Shown: in pieces, positions 25,479-38,530 of the stretch
Position numbering within the stretch: the first letter of the stretch is position 1
How the letters are laid out: each line of letters opens with the position of its first letter
Assembly: GCA_964016885.1 (NCBI GenBank)
Contig: OZ024741.1
Coordinates: 337,342,001 to 337,406,000 of the forward strand
Source: Eledone cirrhosa
Lineage: Eukaryota
Direction of reading: 5' to 3'
Length of the DNA: 64,000 bases
Program-made: the position numbers and the translations under genes
Notes under the pieces: generated by a model
Seen by the model: only the letters and a program-made list of their open reading frames with translations
Told to the model about the DNA's origin: nothing
The model's database searches: none

Positions 25479-25968
25479 TAATAACTCTGGAAAATTATTT
25501 CTGTAGAATATCTGTGATATTCAAAACAACGAACAGCGGAGGACACGTTTCGCACCTTTGCGACAGACAACCTTTCCCCCACCCCGGAAAAAAAATCCCA
25601 GTTGATGGATGTAAATCCGAAATATATAGGGACAATTAAATCTCTCCCAAGGTAACTCTCTCTCGTGTTGTTATTTTTATTTTTATCCTTTACGCTCTTT
25701 CCTTCATTCCTCTACACGTCTTATACACACCACGCATCTCAACGTACACCCACTTACATCTCTCTCTCCACCACCGGATCTTGTTACCCGGAGATTTACC
25801 CCTTTGCATTGTCGAGGCTTCCAAACGACTTAAAGAAATTTACCATTTATATATATGATATATACATATATATATAAATATTTGCTCTACGGTTCTTATA
25901 TATTTGATATATATTTATCCTTATCGAGCCCTCTTTGGATTTTAGTCTTCAAATTTATTATTATTACT

Positions 25969-26002
<34 letters not shown>

Positions 26003-26239
26003 ATACACACACACACACACATACATGTGTGTGTGTATATATATATATATATGTATATGTATGTATGTATGTATATGCGTGTATATATATGTATACTCTT
26101 TTACCTGTTCCAGTCATCTGGCTAAGGCCATGCTGGGGCACCGCCCTTGTTGCTTCACTTTCTATACTCAGCCTGTGTTGGCTGGCCATTGATATAAGAG
26201 GGAATTTGTTGCTGCTGCCCTGGGGTTACCTTCATTCCG

Positions 26240-28500
26240 TGCTATGGGTTCATCTGGGATCTTGGCTAGCAAAGTGTCAAGATGTTTCTTGAAAATATCC
26301 ACACCATGTAGATCTCTCTGCTTCCTCCTTTATGGATAGGCCATATTATGCCTTCTTTTAGCTCCCTGGGTAATTTACCACTAACCAGAGAACTTCTGAA
26401 GAGGATCTTCAGTGGTCTTGCATGTTTTTAGGAGGATTGCTGGGAATCCATCAGGTCAGCAGCTGAGTTTGCTCTCATGTTTTCTATGGCTGATATTACA
26501 TCTTTCTCCATTACATTTATGTGGTTCATGGTCTCCATTTCTCCATGTAGTGCTGTGGCATCAAAGAAAACCTCTGGTTTTTTTATTTGTATGTGCCTCA
26601 GTGGGGGTGTGAAAACACTGTTATACTGTTCATTCAGTATTTCACTTATACCTTGAGGATCCTTGATCAGTGAGCCATTTTTATCTTGCAGTGGGCTGAG
26701 GCAGCCACTTTCGCAAATTTAAAGAAGGCCTTATGGTTTGTTTTTATATCTTCTATGGCCTTGATTTCTCTCTCTGTCCTCTCCTTTCTGTGGGATCATT
26801 TGAATGCAGTTTCAATTTCAAGCAGTGCCTTTTTTCAAATGGGGTTCCTTCTTGTTCTTTTGTTGTACATTTAACAGGTTTGAGATCTTTGTTCTGTTTC
26901 ATAAGAATTTTCCTGTCTTTGGGAATAAATGTTTTGTGTCTGTTGGTCTTTTTTCTGGGACAAACTTATGGCATATGGTTTGTATTGTTGTCATGAAATG
27001 TTGAAATTTTACATTGATGTCTTTTGTGAAGATGTTGTGTCTCCAGTTTTGATTCAGGTTCTCTTCCTGGATCCTTTTCCAGTTAGCCTTCTTCCATCTT
27101 TCTGAGGCTATTTTCAAACTTACCTTCATGACATTCGGGTGGTTAATATGACACATATCATTTTGAGTTGCTTTACATGTACTATCAGTGTCTCACAGAC
27201 TGAGCTGGAATTACCAGACAAAGAAAGGAACCCAAGCAGAAAGTGACCAGTGTCAGCAGTACAATGGGCGTGACATCATGGATGTACAAAGCAACTCCAT
27301 CATGAGTTCTATCCTTTCTGTCAGTACGAAATACAGTATACTTTGGTATGTGTATTTCTGCATCTGCTATGTTAGTTGTCAGGTGTGTTTCAATTAGTGC
27401 CATGCATATTGCTTGATTGCTTGTGGCTAAGTCTCTCAGATAGGGAATTTTACTCATTTTGGTGTTCCACCAGCTCTCTGACTTTCAACAGCAGCACTGG
27501 TGTGACATTTGGGGTGCCAACAGTGGTTGCCAATATTGCATTTGGGTTGGTGTCAGTGTTGGCCATTCTGACTCCTTTGATTGTGGTGGTCTTAAGTTGT
27601 TAGTGTGAGTGATTTTGGCTCTGAAACCAATGTAGCCAGGTCAGTTGGCTCGCAATCTTTTCTGCCATTTCTATAAAAGACTGCTGCTCTGCTGCAACAG
27701 TCTTTAGTACATCTGCATATTGTCTCCTCTTTGTTGGGGCAGCACGCATAACATCAGCATACATCTGGGACAGTGGCACCTATGCACTGTGCTGTGTGTT
27801 TGTACTGATTTTGGCTGGGTTATTTGAGATGAACAGGTTGAATGTATCTCACCTGGGGCCTGGTGTGAGCAAACCTGCAGCCTATCTCTGCTTCTCCATG
27901 CCAGCAGGTCTCCTTTCTGAAGAACTTGCAGGTTACCTGGGATTTCTTTTTCCCAGGTTCTCGGCGTCTCGTTTTGTTCTTCACTTGGACAGTTGTCCAC
28001 TGGTCACTTTCTGCTTGGGTTCCTTTCTTTTTCTGGTGATTCCTTGTTCTATCTTTACTGCATTCCTGTTGTTCACCCAGCCTCCCTTCCCTGACTGCAG
28101 CATTGGTCATCTTACTTGCAGTTGTTCTCAACTCCTTCTGTGCCTCTGTAGACTCTTTGAGGTTAATGTTTGTTTTTTTCTTTTTCCTTTTCTTTGTATT
28201 ATTTCCTCCTTGGTCTCCTCATCCTTGAGGATACAGCTCAGCAAAGCCATGTGTGGCCTTTTAAGGGCATAGGCCCTCTCAATTTCCTTCTTTTTTTTCC
28301 CTATCTGTGCAAAATTCCTCAAAAGGTCATGGCTCTTCAATGTCTTCACAATTAATTTGCTTGGCAGGGACCCATCAGACAAGCTCCATCCTTTAATCAT
28401 TGCCTCCAGTTCTCATTTTGTTTAATTTCATTGGCTCCTATTAATTTTATTTGCATTGCCTCCTTGCATGTGGTCCATTTCACTGGAATCTATGTGAGTA
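26240..28500 (-). mobile_element. Degenerate CR1/L2-group LINE (ORF1 with CCCH finger, AP endonuclease, start of RT)
   Basis: CKFFRKETCWHGEAEIGCRFAH (27820-28131), ALIETHL...YTVFRTDRK...GVALYI (27185-27457), and PDGFPAILLK / IWPIHKGG near 26330-26460. Confidence 0.75.
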
Positions 28501-29213
28501 CCTCCTATCTTATGACAAGATAGGACGTTGAAGAGAGAGGAATGAGAGTGGGGGTGAGAGGGAGAATGAAAGAGAAAAGGGTGGGAGAGAGAGTTAGAGA
28601 GGGAATGGTGGGGAGAAGATTAGAAAGGGAAGCACAAGGAGAGAGAGAAATACAGAGAGAGGGAGGGAGGAATAGATATTGAGAAGGCAAAATTGGCTAA
28701 TGATGATAGTAGGTGGCTAAGATAGAGAGAGGGGGGAGAGAGAAAGAGAGCGAGAGAGAGTGTGAAAAACCCAAGGAGCAAGAGAGAGAGCATGAAAAAC
28801 CCATGGAGCAAGAAAGAGACCATGAAAATCCCATGGAGCAAGAGAGACAAAGAGAGAACGAGTGTATGAGAAAACCAGGGAGTGAGAGGGAGAGAGGGAG
28901 GAGTGTGTTTGTGGGGGAGGGGTAGAAGGAAAGCCAGACCAGTTAAAAAGATCACACATAAATCCAACGATTTCAAATAAATGAATATTGGTTAATATTA
29001 TGATTATTAAATATTAGATATTAAAAGAAACACGTGCTTCAGTTATAAAAATAAAAGGCAATGAAATGATAGTAAAATCAGGGTTCAAATAAACACAGTT
29101 TACCATGTTAAAGAATTTAAATAAATAGTCAGTGTCTGCGAAATGAATGGGAGGAAAGTTTTTACTATACTATCAGCAAGAAAAAGACAAACCTAATCAA
29201 AACCTTTGAGATA

Positions 29214-29408
29214 ATAATTGTTTCTACTTTTGGCACAAGGCCAGCAATTATCCCAGTGTATTACTGGTACTTTATTTTATTGACCCCATAAGAATGAAAG
29301 GCAAAGTTAACCTCGGCGGGATTTGAACTCAGATCATAAAGGGCCGTAACTCTTTGCTGCAAAGCATGGCGTCCGACCCTCTACCGATACTCCCAATCCA
29401 CCGCTCTT
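29214..29408 (-). mobile_element. Full-length SINE family A copy
   Basis: A/B-box head and the central GCCTTTCAT...GGGGTCAATAAAATAAAGTACCAG domain. Many other copies occur, e.g. 7500-7682(+), 9355-9580(+), 21860-22010, 52520-52635, 61005-61230(+). Confidence 0.85.
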
Positions 29409-29468
29409 AGAGATAATAATAAAATAAAATAATATACTAACAGAATAATATACTTATAGAATGATATA

Positions 29469-29829
29469 TAGTGTACCCCCAGTATTTGTGGTCCCGATAT
29501 TCGAGGAATTTTCCTTAGAACCTAACTAATAATTGTTTGTGGAAACCACCACATATACGCAAAATCGTAAATATCTTCTGCGTTTTTTTTAATGGCTTTT
29601 TTCGTAGTAATGTATATTATTTTAACGCTATATTATTAATAACAATATACTGTATTTGCCAGCCTATTGGACGCTCTTTTGCATAAGTCACTCCCTCTTT
29701 TTTTTTATATTTTACATTATATTTTGACCTTTATAGGCATTTTTATGAACCACGTCTAATATTCGCAGTTTTTCATTCTTCCCGGATGCTCTAGGAACGT
29801 AGCCCCCATGAAATACTGCGGGCCTACTG
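29469..29829. mobile_element. Degenerate Tigger/pogo-like MITE
   Basis: TA|TAGTGTACCCCCAGTATTT...AAATACTGCGGGCCTACTG|TA imperfect TIRs. Confidence 0.5.
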
Positions 29830-30407
29830 TATATATATATATTTAATGGTTTCTACTTTGGGAACTTTAGGAACAAGGTCAGCAATTTGAAGGGAAAAGA
29901 AAAGTCAAGTAAATCATCCCCTGTGCCTTACTGGTGCTTCATTTATTGACCCATAAGGATGAATGGCCACTTCCACTTACAGTACCATTGTTCGGCCTTT
30001 CTCGCAGTCACTTGAGGTCAAGTGGAGGGACTAAATTTTCTCTCTCTCTCTGACCTGTCCCAACACAAACATTATACCAACGAAGATATTTCTCTATTGT
30101 TACAAGCCTATTCTTCACAGTCGTTTCAGCTAAATTTTTGAAACTGCAGGTGGTCTGAAATCTGGTTTCGACATGGTGGTCTGGTTTTGACGGCATTTTG
30201 CAGTTTTAACAGTTCCCTTATGCCAATTTTTCCCATTTTCTTACAAATTTTAATACATTCACATTTCAAAACTCGATATTCGAGTTAATTTTGTTTATAT
30301 ATATATTGTTTCATTTACTATATATATAGTAAATGAAAAAAAACAAAACAAAACACAAGAAGAAAATTTAGTTATATTAGTTTCACACTTGGAGGGAGTA
30401 AAAAAGG

Positions 30408-30443
30408 TTTCAACGTTTCAGACAGAAGTCTTTCTTCAGGAAA
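30408..30443 (-). ncRNA. Minimal type I hammerhead-like motif (Penelope pLTR type)
   Basis: TTTC-CTGAAGA-A-AGAC-TTCT-GTCT-GAAAC-GTT-GAAA. Stem I TTTC/GAAA, stem II AGAC/GTCT, palindromic AACGTT, one extra A after A9. Confidence 0.6.
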
Positions 30444-31712
30444 GTTTGGATAAGAAGAGAACAGATAGACGTATAAGTAATGTGAGAAGGTTAGGAAAGG
30501 AAGTTGAGAAACAAAAAAGGGGTTGGGAGGAGAAAAATAGGTAGAATGGAGGATACAGGGGTAGCATGTGTGTGATTGTATGGGTGTGCGAAGGGAAAAA
30601 ATTGGTAGATGTCCGTGGCTCCAGTTTATGTGTGTGTGAGGCCACATGGGTGTCCCAGAGTCTTATAAAATTGATGTGTGCACACATACACACACACACA
30701 TATATATATATATCTGGTTGCTGGCTAAGATAAAGAGTACTCAATACCGAAGTAGGGTTTTAATATTCATTTTATTAAAACTAAATAGTGAGTCTTGTTA
30801 CTCTGGCGTTTCACCTGCTTCAGGTGAAATGCAAGATTAACAAGACTCAATATTTAGCCTTATTAAAATGACTATACATATATAAAGACAGATGTTTTCA
30901 GTACAGTTAAATAGTGTCAAAATATAAACGTATTCTGGACCAAAAGCTAGAGCCAGCTTTTCAAAAATCATCAGCTGGTATTGGTTAATCTGAGGTTATA
31001 GTAGAAAATACTTGCCTAAAGTAGATAATTATTCTGCAAACTAAAATTGAACCTACAACTGCATTGCTATGAAACAAATGCGTATAACCCTACAGCCATA
31101 CCTTCACCCATAACTCTCATTCTACAAAGTGGGATTGAATTCGGAACTGGATTGTCACAAAGGAAACGTTTTTTTTTAAACCACACAGCCATGTCTGTAC
31201 TCTATAACATCCATTCTTGTACTTCTCTTAGGGTTCTATAGCATTTCTTTAACTTCATTTTCCATGCTCCAGTAAGTTTCAGAGTAGATTTACGGAAACT
31301 AATTTAGACAGTTTGTATTGAGAAGTTATGGTGTATAATCTGTAAGCATCCCATCATTTTACGAATTATAAATTTCTTTGGGCATTTTTACTATATTTAG
31401 TTATCAGATTTATCCACAATATGTGTCTCAAAACAATTTTATTTATTTTATTTTATCATTTGAAACTGATCAATAAAATTTTATAATATTTAATCATTCC
31501 TTCTTAAGGAAAAGTATCCAGATAACAAAGTGATTTTAGTTTTTGAATATTATAAATCCTTGAAGTAATATTTAGAGAGTATCAGTGTCGAGTTTATTAA
31601 ACAATGATGGAGTCAGATTGTTTTATTTGTTTCCACTTCAAATTTCTTTATAATTATACAGATTCTTACGGTGAACATTCTTCTATTTTATCATTTATAT
31701 ATATATAAATAA

Positions 31713-31752
<40 letters not shown>

Positions 31753-31989
31753 CCATATGTAGTTGTTAGCTGAGAGAAAATAGTACTCAATACCGAAGTA
31801 GAGTTTTAATATTCATTTTATTAAAGCTAAATAGTGAGTCTTGTTACTCCAGAGATTCGCCTGTTTATCACAGGGTGATCAGACAATCAGGAAAAATTCC
31901 AGAGTAACAAGACTCACTAGTTAACCTTAATAAAATGAACATATATATTTAAATATTCAAGTATTCAAGTGTATGAGAAAGAACTTTAA

Positions 31990-32211
31990 CCCTTTTGTTG
32001 CCAACCTGACCAAACCCAGTTCTGGTTCTATGAAACAAACAACCCATTTTAAAGGTTTTCAAATTAATGTAAAATCTTCCAATATAATTTTATATACATT
32101 AAGTGCATATAAAATACATGAAATAATTAATAATTTTAGTAAATCCCTCAAAATACTTCATTCATTAATCAAAATAGTGTGTATTTCATTGGAAATGCAG
32201 TCATGAAAGGG
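31990..32211. mobile_element. piggyBac-type MITE
   Basis: TTAA|CCCTTT...AAAGGG|TTAA. Similar right ends AAAAGGGTTAA occur at ~34300 and ~55840. Confidence 0.65.
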
Positions 32212-33094
32212 TTAAACAAAAGTTTATCAATTCTAGAAGATTCAATAAAGAATTTAAGGTCCAGATATGTGATGCATCCACCAGTTTTTAATCCATAAAC
32301 TTTCTCCTCTTCATCTTTATTCTTGATGCCTCCAGGGAAAGTATTGATAACTGGCTGTCCATTATGGTTTGATCCTGCTCTTTATCCTAAGGTGAACTCT
32401 TATTGAGAAGATCTATGATCAAAGTGCTGTGTATATGTGTGGTGTGGATGTGTGTGCATGTGTGGTGTGGTGTGCATATGGTGTTTGTGTGGTGTGTGTG
32501 TGTGTGTGTGTGTGTGCACGCGTGTGGATGCATGCGTGTGTGTGTGTTTTATAGATTTCATAGGTTCCAGATATTGTGGCCATTTGAAGCTTATATATGA
32601 ATTAAGGAGCTGTGTTCTTTCTCCACAAATCCAAGTTCTGTCATACTTTTGTCCAGGCAGGCTGGCATATAACCTGTAGCAGGATTTGAGCTCAGAGAAC
32701 AGTTAGCCATAACAAATACTGAAGTATGTTTTTCATTCTGACATCCTAACAACTTTGTTGCTATTTTGTTGCATTGTGGTGATGAGAAACTCTCAGGATA
32801 TCAGGGCAGCAGAAGGTCTTGAGAAAAGAACCCCACCTCCTCAAGCAGGAGTCTTGGCCCTTATTTATATGTAATACAAACATAGATTGATAGAGAAAAG
32901 AGAGAGGGAGAATGAAAGAATAAATGAGTGAGTGCAAAAGAATTGAAGAAAAAAATGTAGAAATGTTTTATTTCTAATGTAACTATCATATAAAGATATT
33001 CACAAAAAATATCTATATGAACCAAAAATAAAAAAAAGTAAAGGGAAAGAAGAAAAAGAAAAACTGAATTAAGCAAAAAAAGGAAATGAGAGGG

Positions 33095-33620
33095 AGGAAC
33101 AGACAGACTCTATACCCCAGTCAGAGTTATGATTCATCCATGCCCCACTGCTAGAATAAGATGGAGGGACAGACAGATTATATACCCCAGTCAGAGTTAT
33201 GATTCATCCATGCCCCACTGCTAGAATAAGATGGAGGGACAGACAGATTATATACCCCAGTCAGAGTTATGATTCATCCATGCCCCACTGCTAGAATAAG
33301 ATGGAGGGACAGACAGATTCTATACCCCAGTCAGAGTTATGATTCATCCATGCCCCACTGCTAGAATAAGATGGAGGGACAGACAGATTCTATACCCCAG
33401 TCAGAGTTATGATTCATCCATGCCCCACTGCTAGAATAAGATGGAGGGACAGACAGATTATATACCCCAGTCAGAGTTATGATTCATCCATGCCCCACTG
33501 CTAGAATAAGATGGAGGGACAGACAGATTCTATACCTCAATCAGAACTATGATTCGGGCCGTGTCCCACAGCTAGAATGTGAGGGAGGGACAGACAGATT
33601 CATCCATGCCCCACATCTAG
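33095..33620. repeat. 70-bp minisatellite, ~7 copies
   Basis: TCAGAGTTATGATTC recurs at 33121, 33191, 33261, 33331, 33401, 33471 and, diverged, at 33541. Confidence 0.95.
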
Positions 33621-34589
33621 AATTGCAAAAGCATTGCCAAGGACAATGGCCAGTGACATCCACTACAATAGCCACCCTGCCTCCTGGGGGTCTTTCCAAC
33701 AACACCAGAGGTCTCAAAGACAACCAGTACCAAAAAGAAGTGATTAGGCAAGCAGGTAAAAATTCACTTTTGACACAAACCTACCTGAACTGATCCTGAT
33801 TCTACAATACAAACCTATTTTGAATTGTTCATAACTTATACTAAAAACTTCCAACAGAATATTATGTAATATCCTTTGTTATTTTCCAAACACTGACTTC
33901 AATGGAGAAGGTTAGTTATTATATTAAATGCCTCCAAATTTTTGTGTATATTCAAAATTATTTGAAACATTTATGTTTATGTATTTGTTTTGAAAGATTC
34001 TTGATGTAAGATTGGGTGTTAAAACAGATATTGATATATTTAGGAATGGTCAGTTTGCCAGTATTGCCAATAAAAATACAGGCAGACAAAAAAATGTAGT
34101 ACAGAAAGACTAAAACGGAATAAAACCAAAAAGAAGAGGGGACACAGAGAAGAAGAACAAATAACCATTGAGAAAGTCACCTAATGTGTGATGAAAGAAC
34201 TTTGACAACATAATCAATAACTAAGAATAATAAATCCAAATATAACAATATTTCCAATAAATTGGTAATGAATTTCTTTAGAAATATGGTTATAAAAGGG
34301 TTAATGTGTTAGAGAAAACTAGAGTAAGCTGTTGAGATTGAGTTAATGGTGGAAACAAAAATATAAAAGTAATGATAACTGCATGAGCAATGCCATAGGC
34401 TATATGGTTTTTAAGAAATCTTTCAATCTCTACCAATTATCTCATTGCTTCTTACTGATGTCACTGTCAAATAGTAATTCTAAAATATGATGCAGAAGAG
34501 TAACTTACACATACATACAGACATACAGACATATAAATGTATGTAAGTTTGTATATGTATTTATATATATATTTATATATGAAGTTATA

Positions 34590-34895
34590 TCATCATTATC
34601 ATCATCATCATTTTACGTCCACTTTTCCCTGCTTACAAGGCTGGACAGGTCCTATTCAGCACAGCATCTCTCCACTTGTCACGGTCTTTCGTCATCTCCT
34701 CGGTGAGTTTCAGTGATCTGAGGTCTGCTCTCACCACCTCCGCCCATGTTTGTTGTGGTCTACCTCTACTATGTCTTCCTTCTACTGGGATTTCTTGGCA
34801 CTTCTTTACCCAGCGGTCATCCTCCATGCGCATCACATGTCCATACCCTCTCAGCCTTCTCTCCTGCACACCACAACTTATCCCTCCTATACCCA
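34590..34895 (-). mobile_element. RTE LINE 3' end
   Basis: RRLRGYGHVMRMEDDRWVKK...GRPQQTWAEVV...DRDKWR, then tail GGAAAAGTGGACGTAAAA(TGA)n. Confidence 0.85.
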
Positions 34896-34964
34896 TGTCT
34901 GTATCTGTGTCTGTGTATTTATATATGTAGCTATATATATATGTATGTATAGTTACATATATAA

Positions 34965-35016
<52 letters not shown>

Positions 35017-35294
35017 TTATACACATGAACATTTACTTTTATGACTTAGGAGGCATTAGAAGGGTTTGGAAATGAACAGAAACACTTTTGTCCACTATCT
35101 TCTATCCCCTGGGATATTTTACCCAAGATTTTCTCAACAATTATTTATAGAAATAGACTTTTATTACAGTAATTTTCTGTATTTGGATGTTCATATTTTA
35201 AATGCACATATATATATATATGTGTGTGCGTGTATATATAAACAATTTATGAAGCTGAAATATTAGTTAAATGTTTGATATAGTATAATGCATG

Positions 35295-35325
<31 letters not shown>

Positions 35326-35627
35326 GCATATTTACATAATAAAGAATACAATATAATTATTCCATTACCAAAGGAATAATTATATTGTGTTGTTTATTAC
35401 ATAATTAAATAGCTCTGTACTATACATAGAGCACTCTTCTTTCCTTTACCTTTTCTACGGAAATACTTAACATACACACATATGCATGTGTGTGTGTGTG
35501 TTTATGTCTAGATACGTATATATATATATGTGTGCGTGTGTGTGTATTGGATTAAACTAATATACTACTTCATTGTGCTGCATTGTTTTGTTTTTTGTTT
35601 TCTATTTACTTTCCGCATATATTTATA

Positions 35628-35675
<48 letters not shown>

Positions 35676-35683
35676 TGTGTGTC

Positions 35684-35737
<54 letters not shown>

Positions 35738-35739
<2 letters not shown>

Positions 35740-36275
35740 ATCATCATCATCATCAGCGTTTAACGTCCGTGTTCCACGCTTGCATGGGTTTGGACGGGGG
35801 TAGTCCCACTTGAGGCAAGAGTGATTGTCTTGCTCGCATAGGACTGTCTGGCAGGTTTTCTACAGTTGGATGCCCTTCCTAACACCAACCACATTTACAG
35901 TGTGGGTCTGGGAGGTTTTTACCGTGTTGCCTACACGGCCACATTACAGCGTGGACTGTGTGTTTTTTTGTCGTGACACCTACACGATCTCATTTGTTTC
36001 GGCCTCGATGGCGCGGCACCAACATAACTTTACATAGAACGGGGTGGTGTGGATCGGGTGGGGGTGGTGGGACGGGGTGTATTTGTTAGAGATGCCTACT
36101 GGCTGGAGTAGGTTTTACTATATATTTAGGTAAGGCGGGTCTTCTCTGTTACTGAGTACCGCCAAAGGTCTCGGTCCAGTGACATTGTCTTGGAGAGGTG
36201 TAAGTGTGTGATGTCGGAGTTTATCAGCTCGTCCCAGGTTTTTCTAGGTCTGCCTATTCCGTGACTACCGTCTAT
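35738..36275 (-). mobile_element. RTE LINE 3' end with long SINE-like 3'UTR
   Basis: GRPRKTWDELINSD...DRDLWRYSV stop, followed by a GTTGGTGTTAGGAAGGGCATCCA block and a GGACGTTAAACG(ATG)n-type tail. Confidence 0.8.
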
Positions 36276-36398
36276 CTTTACATATATACATATATATATA
36301 TGCATAATATATTTATATATACTCATACATACATACATCATCATCATCATCATCATCTTCGTTTAACGTCCATCTTCCACGCTAGCATATACATATAT

Positions 36399-36590
36399 AA
36401 TAATTGTTTCTACTTTTGGCACAAGGCCAGCAAATACCCAGTGTATTACTAGTACTTTATTTTATCAACCCCGTAAGGATGAAAGGCAAAGTTAACCTCG
36501 GCGGGATTTGAACTCAGAATGGCAAGGGATGTAACTCTATGCGTCAAAGCATGGCGTCCGACCCTCTACCGATACTGCCAATCCACCTCT
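36399..36590 (-). mobile_element. Full-length SINE family A copy
   Basis: Closely similar to 29214-29408. Confidence 0.85.
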
Positions 36591-37986
36591 CCTCTATAAT
36601 AATAATAATAATAATATATGTGTGGATATATTAAAACAGATAAATTTCATTAAAATGTTGTTTGTTTTGGTTTGTTTTTTCTTCTTGAGTTGTATTGCTG
36701 ATAGCAACCCTGAGTTTTGTTTCCTCAGGGATATTTAGTTAACTGCTGTTTATGTTTGCTTTCATGAGAGGGATGAATTAAGTTAAACCAATGAGAATTA
36801 AATTGGTTTTCTATCTACTTCATCAGATACTTTATCAGATTAACTACATTGCTGCTATCTTCAAATCATCTACTGAAATAAGTCTCAACGTTATCTATAC
36901 TATGAAGAATTTTTCCTGGAGAAAACTAATCCTTATTATTCAAAAATATATTTTTCCATCAGTATTTTACTTTTGTTTGTTTATATTTTTGTTCATTCCT
37001 TTCAGCACTTTGAAAGAAACCCTTTCCCTTTTTTTTTTCTTGTTTTTATCTCTGATTTCAAAATTAGAAATTTTCAAAATACTTCAATCTTATATATATA
37101 TATAACAGTAAGCCAAAAGGATTTATCATTATTAAAATAGGACTAAATCAATAATATCCTATTTAAATCAACACACTATTATTTTATGAAGCAAAACTGA
37201 ATCTTATATGATAATGAGTCAAAGGGATTTTGTTTATCATCATCATGCTTGTTTAATATCTATTTTCCATGCTTGCTTCATATGGATTAGATGGGTTATC
37301 ATGCTCTGAGATTAGACATGTCAGATGACTGTGCCTCATGTATACCTTCCATTGTGGCATGGTTTCTATGGTTGGATGCCATTCGTAATGCCAATCCCTT
37401 CACAGTGTGTATTGGCTATATTTCATCATGGTATTGCCACTACCACTTAAGAGAGAGAGAGAGGAGTGATAGAAAGGGAAAAAGAGATACAAAGGAAAAT
37501 ATCAACCCCAGTGTATTTTCAAATACACTGTGAGTGGGTTAATTTTTAAATAAGTGTGTTTGAATAGTAAAAAAAATAACAGTTACTATTAATCTGAAGA
37601 AAGAAACTTTAGTTTCTGGGTGCTTTTTATTGTGGCACCAGCACTACCACTTTACAGAGTGGACTGGGTGCTTTTTATTGTGGCATAAGTTAGTTGATTT
37701 TGGAGAAACTGAAAAATAAAATATTTAATAAACTAAAGTTTCTTTCTTCAGATTAATAGTAACTGTTATTTTTGTTACTATTCAAACACAGTTATTTAAA
37801 AATTAACCCACTCACAGTGTATTTGAAAATACACTGTGGTTGATCTCTTTTTCCCTTTCTCCCCCCCCCCCCCCCACTCTCTCTCTCTTTCCCTTTCTAT
37901 TACCTTCTCTCTTCCTCCTCCTTTTCTCTCCCTTTCTTTGTGGAAGAAGTTGTTTGTGTTCAGAGCTGGAGACAGATGGGCTTTGC

Positions 37987-38530
37987 CAAGTTTAGAATGC
38001 CCAAGACATGTCAATAGACCCCTTTGACTCCACCAGGAGTGAGTTACATGTCCAACATACATCCTGTAGTATTTATCTTGGTGAGGGATGAACTATGTCA
38101 AGTTTAGAATGCCCAAGACATGTCAATAGACCCCTTTGACTCCACCAGGAGTGAGTTACATGTCACACATACATCCTGTAGTATTTATCTTGGTGAGGGA
38201 TGAACTACGTCAAGTTTAGAATGCCCAAGAAATGCAATGTGTCACTGCAGAACCTCTATGTTTCTCTCAGGTGTTACAGATTCATAATGTCACTGCAGAG
38301 CCTCTATGTCGCTATCAAGAGTTACAGGTCCATACATACATGCCATATATCACTACAGAATCCCTATGTCTCCATAAGGAGTTACAGGTCCATATGTGCC
38401 ATGTGTTACTACAAAGCTCCTATACCTCTATCAGGAGCTGAAGGCCCATTTATGTATGCCATGCCATGTCACTACAGAAACCCTGAGCCTCTGAGTCTGT
38501 ATAGGGGTTACAAATCCATACATACATCTT
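37987..38530. repeat. 112-bp tandem repeat (2.2 copies) grading into degenerate shorter repeats
   Basis: CAAGTTTAGAATGCCCAAGA at 37987, 38099 and 38211, then recurring GTCACTRCAGA...TTACAGGTCCAT motifs. Confidence 0.8.

Noticed and set aside
33095-33620. CRISPR-like or coding repeat
   Set aside because: 70-bp units are near-identical throughout with no spacers, and 70 is not a multiple of three.
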